Assembly: GCA_963668355.1 (NCBI GenBank)
Contig: OY764265.1
Location: forward strand, 480,001-544,000
Direction: 5' to 3'
DNA: 64,000 bases
Source of the DNA: Bdellovibrionota bacterium
GTDB taxonomy: Bacteria; Bdellovibrionota_G; JALEGL01; DATDPG01
The translations under genes and the position numbers were made by a program. Positions 27,616 through 40,301 of this stretch are shown here, in pieces. Positions within the stretch are counted from its first letter, which is position 1; each line of letters starts with the position of its first letter. Under the pieces are notes generated by a model, which saw nothing but the letters and a program-made list of their open reading frames with translations, made no database searches and was not told the origin of the DNA.

Positions 27616-28656
27616 TTACTCTCCGCTCTCTCCGATCACCGTGTTGGAACCGATCTCGGTCCCTTCCCCAACTTTCGAATCTTTCACGACGACATGTTTT
27701 CCAGTTGTGACATTTTTCCCAAGTTCGCTGTTGTGGATTTGACTGTCGAAGCCAATGACAGAGCCTTCAGCCACCTTACTCTTTCCCGAAACCACAGAGT
27801 GACCTTCCACAAAGACATCCCGATCCATATCCACCTCCGGTTCAACCACGGCGATCTCAGGATCTCCAAATCCCACTCCACCTTTCATCAGTTGTGAAAT
27901 TTTTTCTTCACAAAAAAGGCGGTTCATCTCGGCCAGTTCTTCTCGATTGTTCACACCCAATGTTTCCGTGATGTCTTGAACCCGAAACCGCCCAACTGTC
28001 TTTCCAGCTTGACGCGCAATCTCGACTAAATCCGTTAAATAATACTCTTTCTGCCTGTTAAGAGGCTTGAGCAATTTAAGAGAGGCAAACAAAAAGCGAG
28101 CGTCAAAAAGCATCAGTCCAGTATTGATCTCTTGGATTTCTTTTTCGCGTCGGGTGGAATCCTTTTCCTCCACAATGCGTGAGACACGTCCATCCCGATC
28201 CGGAACGATCCGGCCATATCCCGTCGGATCTTCCAATTCGGCTGTTAAAATTGTGATTACATCATCCGAAGCCTGATGCCACATTACGAAGCGACGAAGG
28301 GTTTCCACTTTGATTCCCGGAACATCTCCTGGGGTTACCAGAACGGCCCCTTTAAAGCCCCGAAACACTCTCTCGGCACTTCGAACCGCATCTCCCGTCC
28401 CTCGCATCTCTTTTTGTCGAGCCCAAGAGATATCCTTGTCCGAGGAAAATGCCTTCTTCACCTGATCGCCTTGATGACCGATCACCACCGCGATTCGATC
28501 GGGATTAAGCTTGTGAAGCGTTTCCAAAACACGCCCCAACATTGGCTTTCCGGCGACCAAATGGAGAACCTTGTTCATCTTGGATTCCATGCGCGTCGCT
28601 TTCCCCGCAGCCAAGACCACAATGCCTAAATTATTCTTAAGGGTTGATTTTGCCAT
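27616..28656 (-). CDS. glmU: GlmU-like N-acetylglucosamine-1-phosphate uridyltransferase, C-terminally truncated (346 aa)
   Basis: LAAGKATRM..KVLH, GTGDAV, GDVP, PTGYGRI, VEEKD, EYYLTD, GVNNR; only a partial hexapeptide region, then stop 4 nt before glmS. Confidence 0.9.
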   Translation of the reverse strand: MAKSTLKNNLGIVVLAAGKATRMESKMNKVLHLVAGKPMLGRVLETLHKLNPDRIAVVIGHQGDQVKKAFSSDKDISWARQKEMRGTGDAVRSAERVFRGFKGAVLVTPGDVPGIKVETLRRFVMWHQASDDVITILTAELEDPTGYGRIVPDRDGRVSRIVEEKDSTRREKEIQEINTGLMLFDARFLFASLKLLKPLNRQKEYYLTDLVEIARQAGKTVGRFRVQDITETLGVNNREELAEMNRLFCEEKISQLMKGGVGFGDPEIAVVEPEVDMDRDVFVEGHSVVSGKSKVAEGSVIGFDSQIHNSELGKNVTTGKHVVVKDSKVGEGTEIGSNTVIGESGE

Positions 28657-28728
28657 TTTGAATCAGTGATTTATAGGGGTTTCCCGCTTGAAAAGCAAAA
28701 GGTAAGCTATAGATAAAAACAACCCCTC

Positions 28729-30828
28729 ATGCCGTACAATTATCCGATAAAGTTTGGGAAATACTTTCTAACACGCCGCATTGCTGTCGGAGGAATGGCG
28801 GAAGTCTTCAAGGCCAAATTGGTAGGAATCAAGGGCTTCGAAAAAAACTTGGCCGTCAAAAAAATCCTACCCGAATACAGTGAAGACGAAGAATTCCTTC
28901 AAATGTTTGTCGATGAAGCTCGAATTTCATCTCATCTTCACCATTTCAATATTGTCCAAGTTTTTGATTTTGGTGAAGTTGAAAGCGCCTTTTACATCGC
29001 CATGGAATTGGTGGATGGACCCAATTTAAAAAATCTTTTGCAACGCTGTGTTCGAGCCAGGGGAGCCTTTCCTCAAACCGTCGCGATTTACATTCTCAAA
29101 CAAATCGCCCGCGCACTGGAATATGCCCACAAACTCCGCATTGACGGATCCAACGTCTTAAACATTGTTCATCGAGATGTCAGTCCGCAGAATGTTTTGG
29201 TTTCTCGATCTGGGGACGTCAAAATCACGGATTTTGGAATTGCCAAAGCCGCCATTCGCCTGTCCCATACCCAACCTGGAAAAATCCAAGGGAAGTTCAG
29301 TTATATGTCTCCGGAACAAGCAGCAGGACGCCCGGTAGACTATCGATCTGATATTTTTTCACTCGGGATCATTGGGTACGAACTTCTCACCGGGATCAAG
29401 GTTTACTCTCAGGAAGACACTCAAAAGCGTTACGCAGAGGTTCGTGAGGCAAAAATTCCGGACCTTTCTACGCTCGTCGAAAAGATTCCCGCTCCCCTCG
29501 AATCGTTGATCATGTCGATGTTGGCTAAGGACGTAAAAGACCGGCCTCAAAGTTGCGGCGAAATCGTCAATGGTTTGAACGAATTTTTGGGAGATAAATC
29601 GACGGAAGATTTGAGGGGGGACATCAGCAACCTCATTGAAGATTTGTTCCCCAAAGAAACCAGTGACGCCAAGATTGAAAAAAAACTTCAGAACATGAAA
29701 GACGGTGACGAAGTGGTGGGCGAGCCCGTCACAGAGGTGGACTTGTGGAGAAGTGAAATCCCTGAAGACCACCACACCAAAAACATCACAAAAGCCATTG
29801 GTCAAGAGGTCACCGTCACGGGAATTGAAGTTAAACCTCGCTATCGCAGAGGCCGCACCCGACCATTTTGGTTGGCTCTCTTTCTGTTCACCTTGCTCGT
29901 GGCCGGCCTTTACTGGTTTGTTGAATCCGAACAAAACATCATTCGCCGTTCTCGTTCCCGTGGTCTCCCTCCAAGCGCATTAAATGAAAGCGGAGGCAAT
30001 TTTGAGAGTCCCTCTCCTTCGGGTCCGGTGGACATGGATCTCCTCAAGGCCGTTCAGGCCAGAGAAGAGGAACTGGAAGCCGCCGCCCGCGAAGCTGAAC
30101 TCAAACGAATCGAAGCAGAACAACAACGTTCAGAGGCCGAACGCATCGCAAAAGAAGCTCAACAAGCCCTCAAAGAAGTGGAGCAAGAGTTGGAAAATGT
30201 GGCCGTAGCTCCGGCTGAACCCTGCCCCAAAGGGATGGTTCTCATTTCCGCGGGAAACTTCCTTTTTGGTGCAGACCCCGACGATCCGGATCGAAATCAC
30301 TTGGTTGAGCCCGATGCCACCAATTTGAGGTTGCAACAATTTTGCATCGATCCCTATGAATTTCCCAATCGAAAAGGGAAAAAACCCAAAGTCGGTTTGA
30401 CGTGGACCCAAGCGCAAGCGGCTTGTAGCGAGAACATGAAACGCCTGTGCACCCAAGAAGAGTGGGAACGCGCCTGTAAGGGCCCGATGAAACGGGCTCG
30501 AAACCGCAGATATCCATATGGGAATCAATGGGAACCCGACCGATGCAATACCGAAACACGAGCCCGAGAGTCTGGAGACGACCCGGACCGCCCCTTAAAG
30601 GAATCTGGGGCCTTTTCCCAATGTAAGGGGCTTGAAGGGGTATTTGACATGAGTGGGAACGCTGATGAATGGACTGCTAGCCCTGGACACAAGCCAGGGA
30701 CGCGGGTCACACGCGGAGGATCGAGTCTTCGACCCGGTTGGGCCAGTCGATGCACCTCTGTGAGATGGTTGGACGAAACCTCCAAGATGACGGACGTTGG
30801 CTTCCGTTGTTGCAAAGACGCACGATAG
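28729..30828 (+). CDS. Membrane Ser/Thr protein kinase with C-terminal FGE-sulfatase (SUMF1-like) domain
   Basis: GGMAEVFKA, HRDVSPQN, DFG, YMSPEQ; TM; coiled coil; KRLCTQEEWERAC, YPYGN, DMSGNADEW, RGGS, GFRCC. Confidence 0.93.
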   Translation: MPYNYPIKFGKYFLTRRIAVGGMAEVFKAKLVGIKGFEKNLAVKKILPEYSEDEEFLQMFVDEARISSHLHHFNIVQVFDFGEVESAFYIAMELVDGPNLKNLLQRCVRARGAFPQTVAIYILKQIARALEYAHKLRIDGSNVLNIVHRDVSPQNVLVSRSGDVKITDFGIAKAAIRLSHTQPGKIQGKFSYMSPEQAAGRPVDYRSDIFSLGIIGYELLTGIKVYSQEDTQKRYAEVREAKIPDLSTLVEKIPAPLESLIMSMLAKDVKDRPQSCGEIVNGLNEFLGDKSTEDLRGDISNLIEDLFPKETSDAKIEKKLQNMKDGDEVVGEPVTEVDLWRSEIPEDHHTKNITKAIGQEVTVTGIEVKPRYRRGRTRPFWLALFLFTLLVAGLYWFVESEQNIIRRSRSRGLPPSALNESGGNFESPSPSGPVDMDLLKAVQAREEELEAAAREAELKRIEAEQQRSEAERIAKEAQQALKEVEQELENVAVAPAEPCPKGMVLISAGNFLFGADPDDPDRNHLVEPDATNLRLQQFCIDPYEFPNRKGKKPKVGLTWTQAQAACSENMKRLCTQEEWERACKGPMKRARNRRYPYGNQWEPDRCNTETRARESGDDPDRPLKESGAFSQCKGLEGVFDMSGNADEWTASPGHKPGTRVTRGGSSLRPGWASRCTSVRWLDETSKMTDVGFRCCKDAR

Positions 30829-30885
30829 TTTTTCAAAACCTTCTCAAGCCTATACCCATCAAGGATTTCGCAGTATAGTAACGCC

Positions 30886-31794
30886 ATGCGTGCTTTTATT
30901 TTTTGTCTGATCAGTTTTATGTCGCTCAGCGCCCACGCGGCCTCCATCGTCGTGCTTCAAGGTGGAGAAAGTGAGTTCGATCGAAAGTACTTCTCTGGAT
31001 TCTCTTCCCTGGCCACCGAGCCGATCTCGGCCTTCAATTATGAACCCAAGAAAGAAAAAGCGCTCCTCAACAAACTCAAAGTCCTCTCTCCTGATTTGAT
31101 TTTTGCCATAGGCAACGCCCCCCTTCCTCAGCTGGCAGCCCTCCTTCCTTCAACTCCCATCTTAGCCAACGACCCATACGCTCAGGCTGTGGCTTCAAAA
31201 GCCAATGTGGTGGTTTTAAAACGGGAGGACACCCTTCATCGGATTTTAGATCTCGCGCGAACCGTCTTTCCCAACCGCAAAAACATTGGAACCATTTTCA
31301 ATCCGAAGCTCTCTCAAGCCCGATTCGACCTCTTGACGAAAGAGGCCGCAAAACATGGAGCGAAAGTAGCCGCCTTGAAAGTGGATACGGCGACAGATGT
31401 TCAAGCCTTCATCGGACAATTTACCGGAAAAATTGACCTTCTCTATTGGATCGAGGATGCCACAACCAACACGGATCTGGCCTTGATGGAGGTGTATGCG
31501 TTTGCCGAACAGGCCAGCGTGCCCGTCTTCTCTCTGAGCCCGGGTCATATTCATCGAGGCGCATTCATGACCGTGAGCATCGACCCTTTTAAAATGGGGG
31601 AACAAGCTTGGAAAACGGCAGACCTCATTCTGCGAGAAGGCAAGATTCCTCAAATGGCCATTCAAACCGAAGCCGGACACTACACGGTTTCGCTGTCCAT
31701 GAAGGCCATCGGGAAATTTGGTTTGGGGGCAGAAAAGCTCTTCGGATTCCTGCAAAAAGCGACCAAGGAAGGCTACACCGTTCAGATCAAATAG
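30886..31794 (+). CDS. Periplasmic ABC-type substrate-binding-like protein (orphan)
   Basis: Signal peptide, PDLIFAIG, FPNRKNIGTIFNP, D.T, GAFMTVSIDPFKMGEQA. Confidence 0.75.
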   Translation: MRAFIFCLISFMSLSAHAASIVVLQGGESEFDRKYFSGFSSLATEPISAFNYEPKKEKALLNKLKVLSPDLIFAIGNAPLPQLAALLPSTPILANDPYAQAVASKANVVVLKREDTLHRILDLARTVFPNRKNIGTIFNPKLSQARFDLLTKEAAKHGAKVAALKVDTATDVQAFIGQFTGKIDLLYWIEDATTNTDLALMEVYAFAEQASVPVFSLSPGHIHRGAFMTVSIDPFKMGEQAWKTADLILREGKIPQMAIQTEAGHYTVSLSMKAIGKFGLGAEKLFGFLQKATKEGYTVQIK

Positions 31795-31891
31795 GCCGAA
31801 TGTTTAGAGCTTTTCCTTTTAATTCAACTTGTTATGGTTTATCCAACAGGGGAAATGAGCCCCAATGTGCAGCAGAAACTAGAGGTGGGTT

Positions 31892-33202
31892 GTGAGTCAG
31901 CCAAAAAAAACCAATGAAACCATGGAAAAAATTGTTTCCCTTTGCAAACGCCGAGGGTTCATTTTTCAATCTTCAGAAATCTACGGCGGAATCAACAGTT
32001 GTTATGACTATGGTCCTCTGGGTGCCGAACTCAAGCGACAGGTAAAGGACTTTTGGTGGAAGTCCATGACTCAAGCCCATGAAAACATCGAAGGCTTGGA
32101 CGCATCCATTCTCATGCATCCACGGATTTGGGAGGCCTCGGGGCATGTGGAAGGATTCACGGACCCATTGGTGGATTGCAAGAAATGCAAAAATCGATTT
32201 CGTGCCGATCAGCTGGAAGAAACCACATGTCCAAATTGTGGAGGCGAACTGACCGAACCTCGTCAATTCAATCTGATGTTTAAAACCTTTATGGGACCGG
32301 TCGAGAGCGATGCAAACATTGTTTACCTGAGACCAGAAACGGCTCAGGGCATTTACGTAAATTATCTCAATGTTTTGAATTCTTCTCGTCAAAAAGTTCC
32401 TTTCGGAATTGCACAGATCGGAAAAGCCTTCCGCAATGAGATCACTCCCGGGAATTTCACGTTCCGGACGCGCGAGTTTGAACAAATGGAAATGCAATAT
32501 TTCGTTCGACCTGGAGAGGATGAACCTGCCATGGAAGCTTGGAAGGCTGAACGCATGGCGTGGTATGACAAACTTCAAATCAATCCAAGCAAGCTTCGAT
32601 TCCACGAACACGGGAAAAACGAGTTGGCCCATTATGCCAAGGCGGCCTTTGATGTGGAGTATGAATTCCCCATCGGTTGGCAGGAGCTGGAAGGCGTGCA
32701 CAATCGAACCGACTTTGATCTCACTCGACATGAGAAATTCTCCGGAAAAAATTTGAAATATTTCGATGAAGAAAAAAAAGAAAAATACATTCCCTACATC
32801 ATCGAAACATCTGCCGGATGCGACCGAAGTGTCCTTTGCGTTTTATGTGATGCCTTCACGGAAGAGGAAGAGCGTACAGTATTGAAATTCGCTCCTTTCA
32901 TTGCCCCCGTTCAGGTGGCCATTCTGCCTCTGGTTAAAAAAGATGGATTGCCCGAGATCGCTCGAAACATCGTGGCGGACCTTAGATCCAAATTCCGTAT
33001 GTTTTATGATGCTGGAGGCTCCATCGGCCGGAGATATCGTCGACAAGACGAGGTGGGCACACCTTTCTGCATCACGATCGACAACGACACCAAGGGAGAC
33101 AATGCGGTAACGATCCGAGAACGCGACTCCATGAAACAAGATCGTGTGAATATTGGAGAGCTCAGCGACTACTTAACAAAGAGGTTGGCTCCCCCCCTAT
33201 AG
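31892..33202 (+). CDS. glyQS: Glycine--tRNA ligase, alpha2 (homodimeric) type
   Basis: [51 protein letters not shown]. Confidence 0.97.
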   Translation: MSQPKKTNETMEKIVSLCKRRGFIFQSSEIYGGINSCYDYGPLGAELKRQVKDFWWKSMTQAHENIEGLDASILMHPRIWEASGHVEGFTDPLVDCKKCKNRFRADQLEETTCPNCGGELTEPRQFNLMFKTFMGPVESDANIVYLRPETAQGIYVNYLNVLNSSRQKVPFGIAQIGKAFRNEITPGNFTFRTREFEQMEMQYFVRPGEDEPAMEAWKAERMAWYDKLQINPSKLRFHEHGKNELAHYAKAAFDVEYEFPIGWQELEGVHNRTDFDLTRHEKFSGKNLKYFDEEKKEKYIPYIIETSAGCDRSVLCVLCDAFTEEEERTVLKFAPFIAPVQVAILPLVKKDGLPEIARNIVADLRSKFRMFYDAGGSIGRRYRRQDEVGTPFCITIDNDTKGDNAVTIRERDSMKQDRVNIGELSDYLTKRLAPPL

Positions 33203-33283
33203 GAATTGCATGCACACTCATGAGCCACTCCGAAATGCTCTCTTGGCTTCCCACCGAAGCGGATGCGTGAGGAGAAATCGCCA

Positions 33284-34765
33284 ATGAGTTTAGAAGGCGC
33301 CTACACACTAATTGCCCGCCTGGGGGAAGGCGGAATGGCGGAGGTGTTCAAGGCCATTAAGCGGGGCCCGGATCAATTCGAAAAGCCCATTGCTCTGAAA
33401 CGAATCCTTCCGCACTACGCCGACCAAGAAGGCTTTATCAAAATGCTCTCTGCTGAAGCTCGACTACAGGCAGGCCTTGACCATCCAAACATTGTTCAGC
33501 TTCTCGATTTTTTCAAACACGGCGACACATTCATGATTGCCTTGGAATATGTTCCCGGAAAAAATTTAAAAAAAATGATCTTCGACGCGCAACAACGGAA
33601 CGTCGAAATTCCTTGGGAGGCCTTTGTTTACATCGTTTCCGAGACCTTAAAAGGGCTGGATTTCGCCCACAAACGAAAAGGCCCCAAAGGCCCTCTGAGC
33701 ATTGTCCACCGGGACATCAGTCCTCAAAACATTCTCATTTCCTATGAAGGCCATGTGAAGCTTTCAGATTTTGGGATTGCGTTGGCCAATATCGAACGAG
33801 AACAAACACAATCTGGGATCTTGAAAGGAAAGTATCGATATCTTTCCCCCGAGCAACTGGACGGGAAGCAAATTGACCACCGGTCCGACCTTTTTTCCAT
33901 CGGCGTGGTTTTATACGAGCTCTTGGCTCAAAAACACCCTTTCGACCAGGGATCCGATTTTGAAACGATGAAAAAAATTTCAGCGGTCCACTATACCCCT
34001 CTTACGGATCTCAACCTTGACCTTCCCCCAGCTCTCATCGAGGTGACGCAAGCGTGTCTTCAAAAAGAATACACCGAGCGCCCAGAAGACGCTCACGTTC
34101 TAAGGCAACGGCTTCTTGAAGAGCAAGATCAGAATTGGTTAACCAATGGATCCGGTTTTTTAAAAGAATTGATCGAAAAAATTTATCCTAAACCCAGCGA
34201 CCGAACCGAGCCCTCCATTGAAAACACTCCGGTTCTCTCGATGCATGGAACTCCGATCACCGGCGTGGTTCACCCCACAGAATCGGTCATTTCCGTCGTC
34301 AATGAACCTACGGAACGCGAATCGCGAAAAAAGTCCTGGCCTTGGATTCTTTTCGGAATGCTCGCCATTGGAATCGTGGGTGCGGTCTTCTTCACTCGGA
34401 AGAACAGCCCACAACCTCATCCCATTCCAAACTCACCGAAGATTGTTGTAGAAGACAAACTGCCCAAGGAGAAACCGGCGACTTCCCCAGCCCCATCCCC
34501 ACCGAACGAATCGAAAACTACGACATCCGTTCAAGTGAAAAAGGCCCCCGAAGAAATGGGCGTCTTACGCATATACGGACCCAAAGGAGCCAAAGTATTT
34601 ATTGCAGGGCATAAAATTGGCACACTTCCCATGAAGGACCGAAAACTCGAGGCCAAACCCTATTTGGTTTCCATCAAACCTCGTAACCTTCCCATCCGTC
34701 TGTTTCGAATCGAAGTTCTCCCAGGGAAGCTCGAAGTCATTCGTTGGAGTCAAAAGAACAAATGA
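33284..34765 (+). CDS. Membrane Ser/Thr protein kinase with C-terminal PEGA-like domain
   Basis: GEGGMAEVF, HRDISPQN, DFG, YLSPEQ; TM; PKGAKVFIAG..IGTLP. ATG 33284 has SD GAGGAG. Confidence 0.92.
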   Translation: MSLEGAYTLIARLGEGGMAEVFKAIKRGPDQFEKPIALKRILPHYADQEGFIKMLSAEARLQAGLDHPNIVQLLDFFKHGDTFMIALEYVPGKNLKKMIFDAQQRNVEIPWEAFVYIVSETLKGLDFAHKRKGPKGPLSIVHRDISPQNILISYEGHVKLSDFGIALANIEREQTQSGILKGKYRYLSPEQLDGKQIDHRSDLFSIGVVLYELLAQKHPFDQGSDFETMKKISAVHYTPLTDLNLDLPPALIEVTQACLQKEYTERPEDAHVLRQRLLEEQDQNWLTNGSGFLKELIEKIYPKPSDRTEPSIENTPVLSMHGTPITGVVHPTESVISVVNEPTERESRKKSWPWILFGMLAIGIVGAVFFTRKNSPQPHPIPNSPKIVVEDKLPKEKPATSPAPSPPNESKTTTSVQVKKAPEEMGVLRIYGPKGAKVFIAGHKIGTLPMKDRKLEAKPYLVSIKPRNLPIRLFRIEVLPGKLEVIRWSQKNK

Positions 34766-36912
34766 CCCGTTTTCCCAGGTTCGGCCTTTTTCCTATTCGG
34801 GAAACGCTGCTTCTATCTCTGGTTGCATTGTTTTTGGTTTCGAACCCACTTTTGGAGAGCTTTTCCTTTGAGTTTTCTTGGATCATGGGCGTGGCGGCTT
34901 TCCTTATCCATGCAATGGGTTCGGCTTTGCGCTTGACCAGCTGGGAACATTCTCAACCTGTAAATCATGCCAACATTCGACGCCTCGCTCTAAGCAACCT
35001 TATCTCATTGATTGTTCCCATTTTCATCCTTGGTGTGTTTTCTGACAGTCACGCAACATGCCGTTGGTTTACAGGTTTGCTCTGGTATTTGCTTTTTCCT
35101 GTCGTCTCGTCTTTTTTTGGAACCGCTTGTGCCACATGGGCGGTTTATCGAAATCGCCACTTTCGTCATCCGATTCTTTGGACCCTGATTCCTTTCTTCT
35201 TGTTTTCAATATTGACTGTGTACGATCTGTGGAACGGTCCTGCCTTATTCTTTTTCAATCCAGCCTTTGGCTATTATCCAGGCCCACTTTTTGACGAATG
35301 GATTCCGCTTGAGCCCCGGGTGATTGGCTTTCGAATTTGGACGCTCGGACTCGCGATTTTTCTTTTTTGGCCCAAACATCAACAAACTTCCATCCGTACG
35401 TTTTTCGGCCTTCTTCTCATGGTTTTGTTTCTCTTTCGGGGTATGTGGGGCTGGTCCTCCAACCCTTACCAGCTTGAAAACACTCTCGGAGGAACACTTG
35501 AAACAAGCCACATCAAACTTCATTTCGATTCCAAAAAAAACACCGTCAAGGAGCTACAACCTTTTCTCTTTGTACTCCACGCCAGAGCCCATGAAGTTTC
35601 CGAACATCTCCTCCTTTCCTCTGATGAGGTGAAGCCAGTCGACGTTTATCTTTATTCATCGGTCGAACAAAAGCGGCTTTTGACCGGAACCCAACACACA
35701 TTGATCGGGAACCCCATTACGCGATCGCTTCATTTGTTGGATATGAATTCGAGAAGCACCATCATTCCCCATGAGCTGACCCATGTCTTGGCGTCTCCCT
35801 ATGGCCTTCCGGGACTGGGATTGTCTTTTCGTGTGGGCCTTTTGGAGGGACTGGCCACTTCTCAAGAAAAGTATCGTGGGAAGCTATCGTTACACGAATG
35901 GGCAAAGGCCATGAGGCTTCTTAAGCGACTTCCCTCCTTGGGTCAGGTCATGGGTTTTCTATCCTTCTACCAACAACCTCCATCCAGGGCCTATATGGCT
36001 TCCGGATCTTTTTGCCGATGGCTCATTCGAGAGCGAGGGATGAAGTCTCTGCTTCGTGTCTATCGGGGAGAATCCTTCTCTTCTGTTTATGGAGCGGATC
36101 TTCAAACCCTAGAAGAACAGTGGCATTTGTTTCTGGAGAATATTCCTCTTTCAACCAACGCGTTGGACTATGCCAAACCGGTCCTCCAACGGAAAGCCAT
36201 CTTCAAAAGACAATGCCCACATGACGTTGCGCATGCTCTCTTTCAAGCCAAGCAATGTTGGCAAGAGCAAAAACCTCAACAAAGCGTTTCCTGGTTAAAT
36301 CGTGCGCACACATGGTCTGGGAAAAGCCCTCAAACTGCGAGGACATTGGCCCGAACCCTCGGGGATTTGGGGCAGTGGGACAAGTCTTGGGATCTCGTGC
36401 AAAACCTACCCTCTTCAGCCCAGAATGACCTCCAAAAAGGAGACGTCCTCTTCATGCGAGGAAATCTTCCAGGTGCTCAAAAAGCATACGAGAAAGGTCT
36501 TCTTCGGGCGTTTTCTGACCTCACTAAACTTCAACTCCACATTCGACTGGATCTTCTTGAAGCTTCTTCGAAGGAGCTCCTAAGACCTTTCATTCAAGAA
36601 GAGCGTTTTTGCGAAGCGGTCCAAAATCTTGAACCCCAAAGCCAAACTGATGCCATGCGTGTGTTTTGTGTTTGGACGGCTCTTCGTGAAAAAAACATGT
36701 CTTTCCTGGTTCGTGCAGATGCTTGGTTGCACGTAAATAAGAACTCTCCTTGGTATGCCCTGGCTCAAAAAATCCGCGCCCGTGTTCACGAAAGCCTCGG
36801 ACATCTTGAAGCCGCCCAACACACGTATCAACGATTGTTTTCAATCTCAGAAACAGATGGGGAAAGACTTTTTGCCAAGGATCAGTTCTTTCGACTGGAA
36901 CGAATGAAAAAG

Positions 36913-36924
<12 letters not shown>
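34762..36924 (+). CDS. Multi-TM membrane protein with gluzincin-like peptidase domain and TPR-like C-terminus
   Basis: About 7 N-terminal hydrophobic segments, HELTH...EGLA, helical repeats; ATGA overlap with the kinase stop. Confidence 0.7.
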
Positions 36925-38360
<1,436 letters not shown>

Positions 38361-38378
38361 TTCAAGGAGAAAAAGTCC

Positions 38379-39800
38379 ATGGGAATCATGAATGCCAAAG
38401 ACGTATTGAATTATGCAAATGAACATGGGGTGAAAATCGTGGACTTAAAGTTCAATGATTTCCCAGGAATGTGGCAACACTTCAGTGTTCCTCTTCATCA
38501 ACTCACCGAAGATTCCTTCACCGAAGGGTTTGGGTTCGACGGTTCCTCCATACGTGGCTGGCAACCCATCAACGCGAGTGACATGTTGGTCATTCCGGAC
38601 CCCACAACGGCTCAAATTGATCCCTTCATGAGAATTCCGACTCTCTCGCTCATCTGCAATATTGCAGACCCCATCACACGAGAACCTTACTCCCGAGATC
38701 CCCGCAATATCGCTCAAAAGGCCGAAAAATATTTGATTCAAACCGGCATTGCCGACCTGGCCTTCTTCGGTCCTGAAGCCGAGTTTTTTATTTTTGATGA
38801 TGTCCGCTACGGACAAACGCAACATTCGGCTTTTTATCAAGTGGATTCCAGTGAAGGTTGGTGGAATACGGGACGAGATGAAGAGCCCAACCTGGGATAC
38901 AAACCCAGACACAAAGAAGGTTACTTTCCCGTACCTCCCTCCGACTCTCAGCAAGACCTACGAACCGAAATGGTCTTGGAATTAGAAGCTTTGGGAATCA
39001 CCACTGAAGCCCAGCACCACGAAGTCGCCACCGCCGGTCAGGCCGAAATTGACATGAAATATTCTCCGCTTAAAGAAATGGCCGACAAACTCATGTGGTT
39101 CAAATACGTCACCAAAAATGTGGCTCGCAGACATAAAAAAACCGTCACATTCATGCCCAAACCCGTTTTCGAAGACAATGGTTCGGGAATGCACACGCAT
39201 ATGAGTCTCTGGAAAGACGAAAAACCGTTGTTCGCGGGAGATCGGTATGCGGGCTTAAGTGAAACGGCGATGTTCTTCATGGGTGGAGTCTTGAAACATG
39301 CACGGGCCATCTGTGCTTTTGCCAATCCGACCATGAATTCCTACAAAAGATTGGTCCCCGGATTTGAAGCCCCGGTCAATCTGGCTTATTCGAGTCGGAA
39401 TCGTTCGGCTTCCATTCGAATTCCCATGTATTCAAATTCTCCAAAGGCCAAGCGAATTGAACTTCGATCCCCCGACCCCAGCTGCAATCCCTACCTCGCT
39501 TTTTCAGCGATGCTCATGGCAGGCTTGGACGGAATCGAACGAAGAATTGACCCGGGTCAACCCATGGACAAAGATATTTACTCTTTGCCTCCCGAGGAAC
39601 TCAAAGAAATCCCCAAAGCCCCCACGTCCCTTCGCGATGCTTTGGAAGATTTGGAGAAAGACCATGCCTTTCTTTTGAAAGGAGATGTGTTCACGCAGGA
39701 CGTGGTCGACAAATGGATTGAATACAAGATGAAGAACGAGGTGGAACCCGTATCCCTTCGCCCTTCTCCTTACGAGTTCGCGTTGTACTTCGACGTTTAA
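38379..39800 (+). CDS. glnA: Glutamine synthetase type I (GSI-beta)
   Basis: [47 protein letters not shown], adenylylation-site-like DKDIY. Confidence 0.98.
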   Translation: MGIMNAKDVLNYANEHGVKIVDLKFNDFPGMWQHFSVPLHQLTEDSFTEGFGFDGSSIRGWQPINASDMLVIPDPTTAQIDPFMRIPTLSLICNIADPITREPYSRDPRNIAQKAEKYLIQTGIADLAFFGPEAEFFIFDDVRYGQTQHSAFYQVDSSEGWWNTGRDEEPNLGYKPRHKEGYFPVPPSDSQQDLRTEMVLELEALGITTEAQHHEVATAGQAEIDMKYSPLKEMADKLMWFKYVTKNVARRHKKTVTFMPKPVFEDNGSGMHTHMSLWKDEKPLFAGDRYAGLSETAMFFMGGVLKHARAICAFANPTMNSYKRLVPGFEAPVNLAYSSRNRSASIRIPMYSNSPKAKRIELRSPDPSCNPYLAFSAMLMAGLDGIERRIDPGQPMDKDIYSLPPEELKEIPKAPTSLRDALEDLEKDHAFLLKGDVFTQDVVDKWIEYKMKNEVEPVSLRPSPYEFALYFDV

Positions 39801-39809
39801 AACAGTCGT

Positions 39810-40301
39810 TTAGTTCGGGGTCTTTTTCAAGCGATTGGAAAAGAGAAGTTCGATCCCAAACAGAACCGCTCCAACGGTGATGGCCGCATCGGCAAAATTA
39901 AACGCGGGCCAGTGATGGGTCTTGACGTAAACGTCCACAAAATCCACGACATATCCCAGACGAATGCGGTCCACCAAGTTCCCGATGGCGCCGCTTAAAA
40001 TCAATACCAAACCCCAACGGGAAAGTTTTTCCTCGGAACCCAGCCGAGCATAAAGCACCGTCATGACTCCGATGGCCACAAATGTCAGGGAGATGAAGAA
40101 CCAATGAGACCAGGTATTTCCCATTCCGAATGCCGCACCCGTATTGTGCACCAACGTAAAATTCAAGAAACCGTCTATCAGAGGCAGACTTTCCCCCAAA
40201 CGAAATCGATTGGAAATCATGGATTTGGTAATCAGGTCCGCAGCCACCAACAATCCCAGGACCAAAACCGGAAGGCCCCATACACGTAGTTTCTGGTTCA
40301 T
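39810..40301 (-). CDS. lspA: Lipoprotein signal peptidase II
   Basis: DLITK, NTGAAFG, GAIGNLVDR, VVDF, WPAFNFAD; ATGA overlap with ileS. Confidence 0.96.
   Translation of the reverse strand: MNQKLRVWGLPVLVLGLLVAADLITKSMISNRFRLGESLPLIDGFLNFTLVHNTGAAFGMGNTWSHWFFISLTFVAIGVMTVLYARLGSEEKLSRWGLVLILSGAIGNLVDRIRLGYVVDFVDVYVKTHHWPAFNFADAAITVGAVLFGIELLFSNRLKKTPN

Noticed and set aside
30640..30828. FGE-domain C-terminus as a diversity-generating retroelement variable region
   Set aside because: I found no template repeat differing at adenines and no reverse transcriptase in the window; a remote DGR cannot be excluded.
31795..31891. T-box or riboswitch upstream of glyQS (or ileS)
   Set aside because: The leaders are too short and show no T-box motif or terminator.
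31892..33202. Alpha2-type GlyRS as evidence of eukaryotic gene transfer
   Set aside because: This form is widespread in many bacterial phyla.
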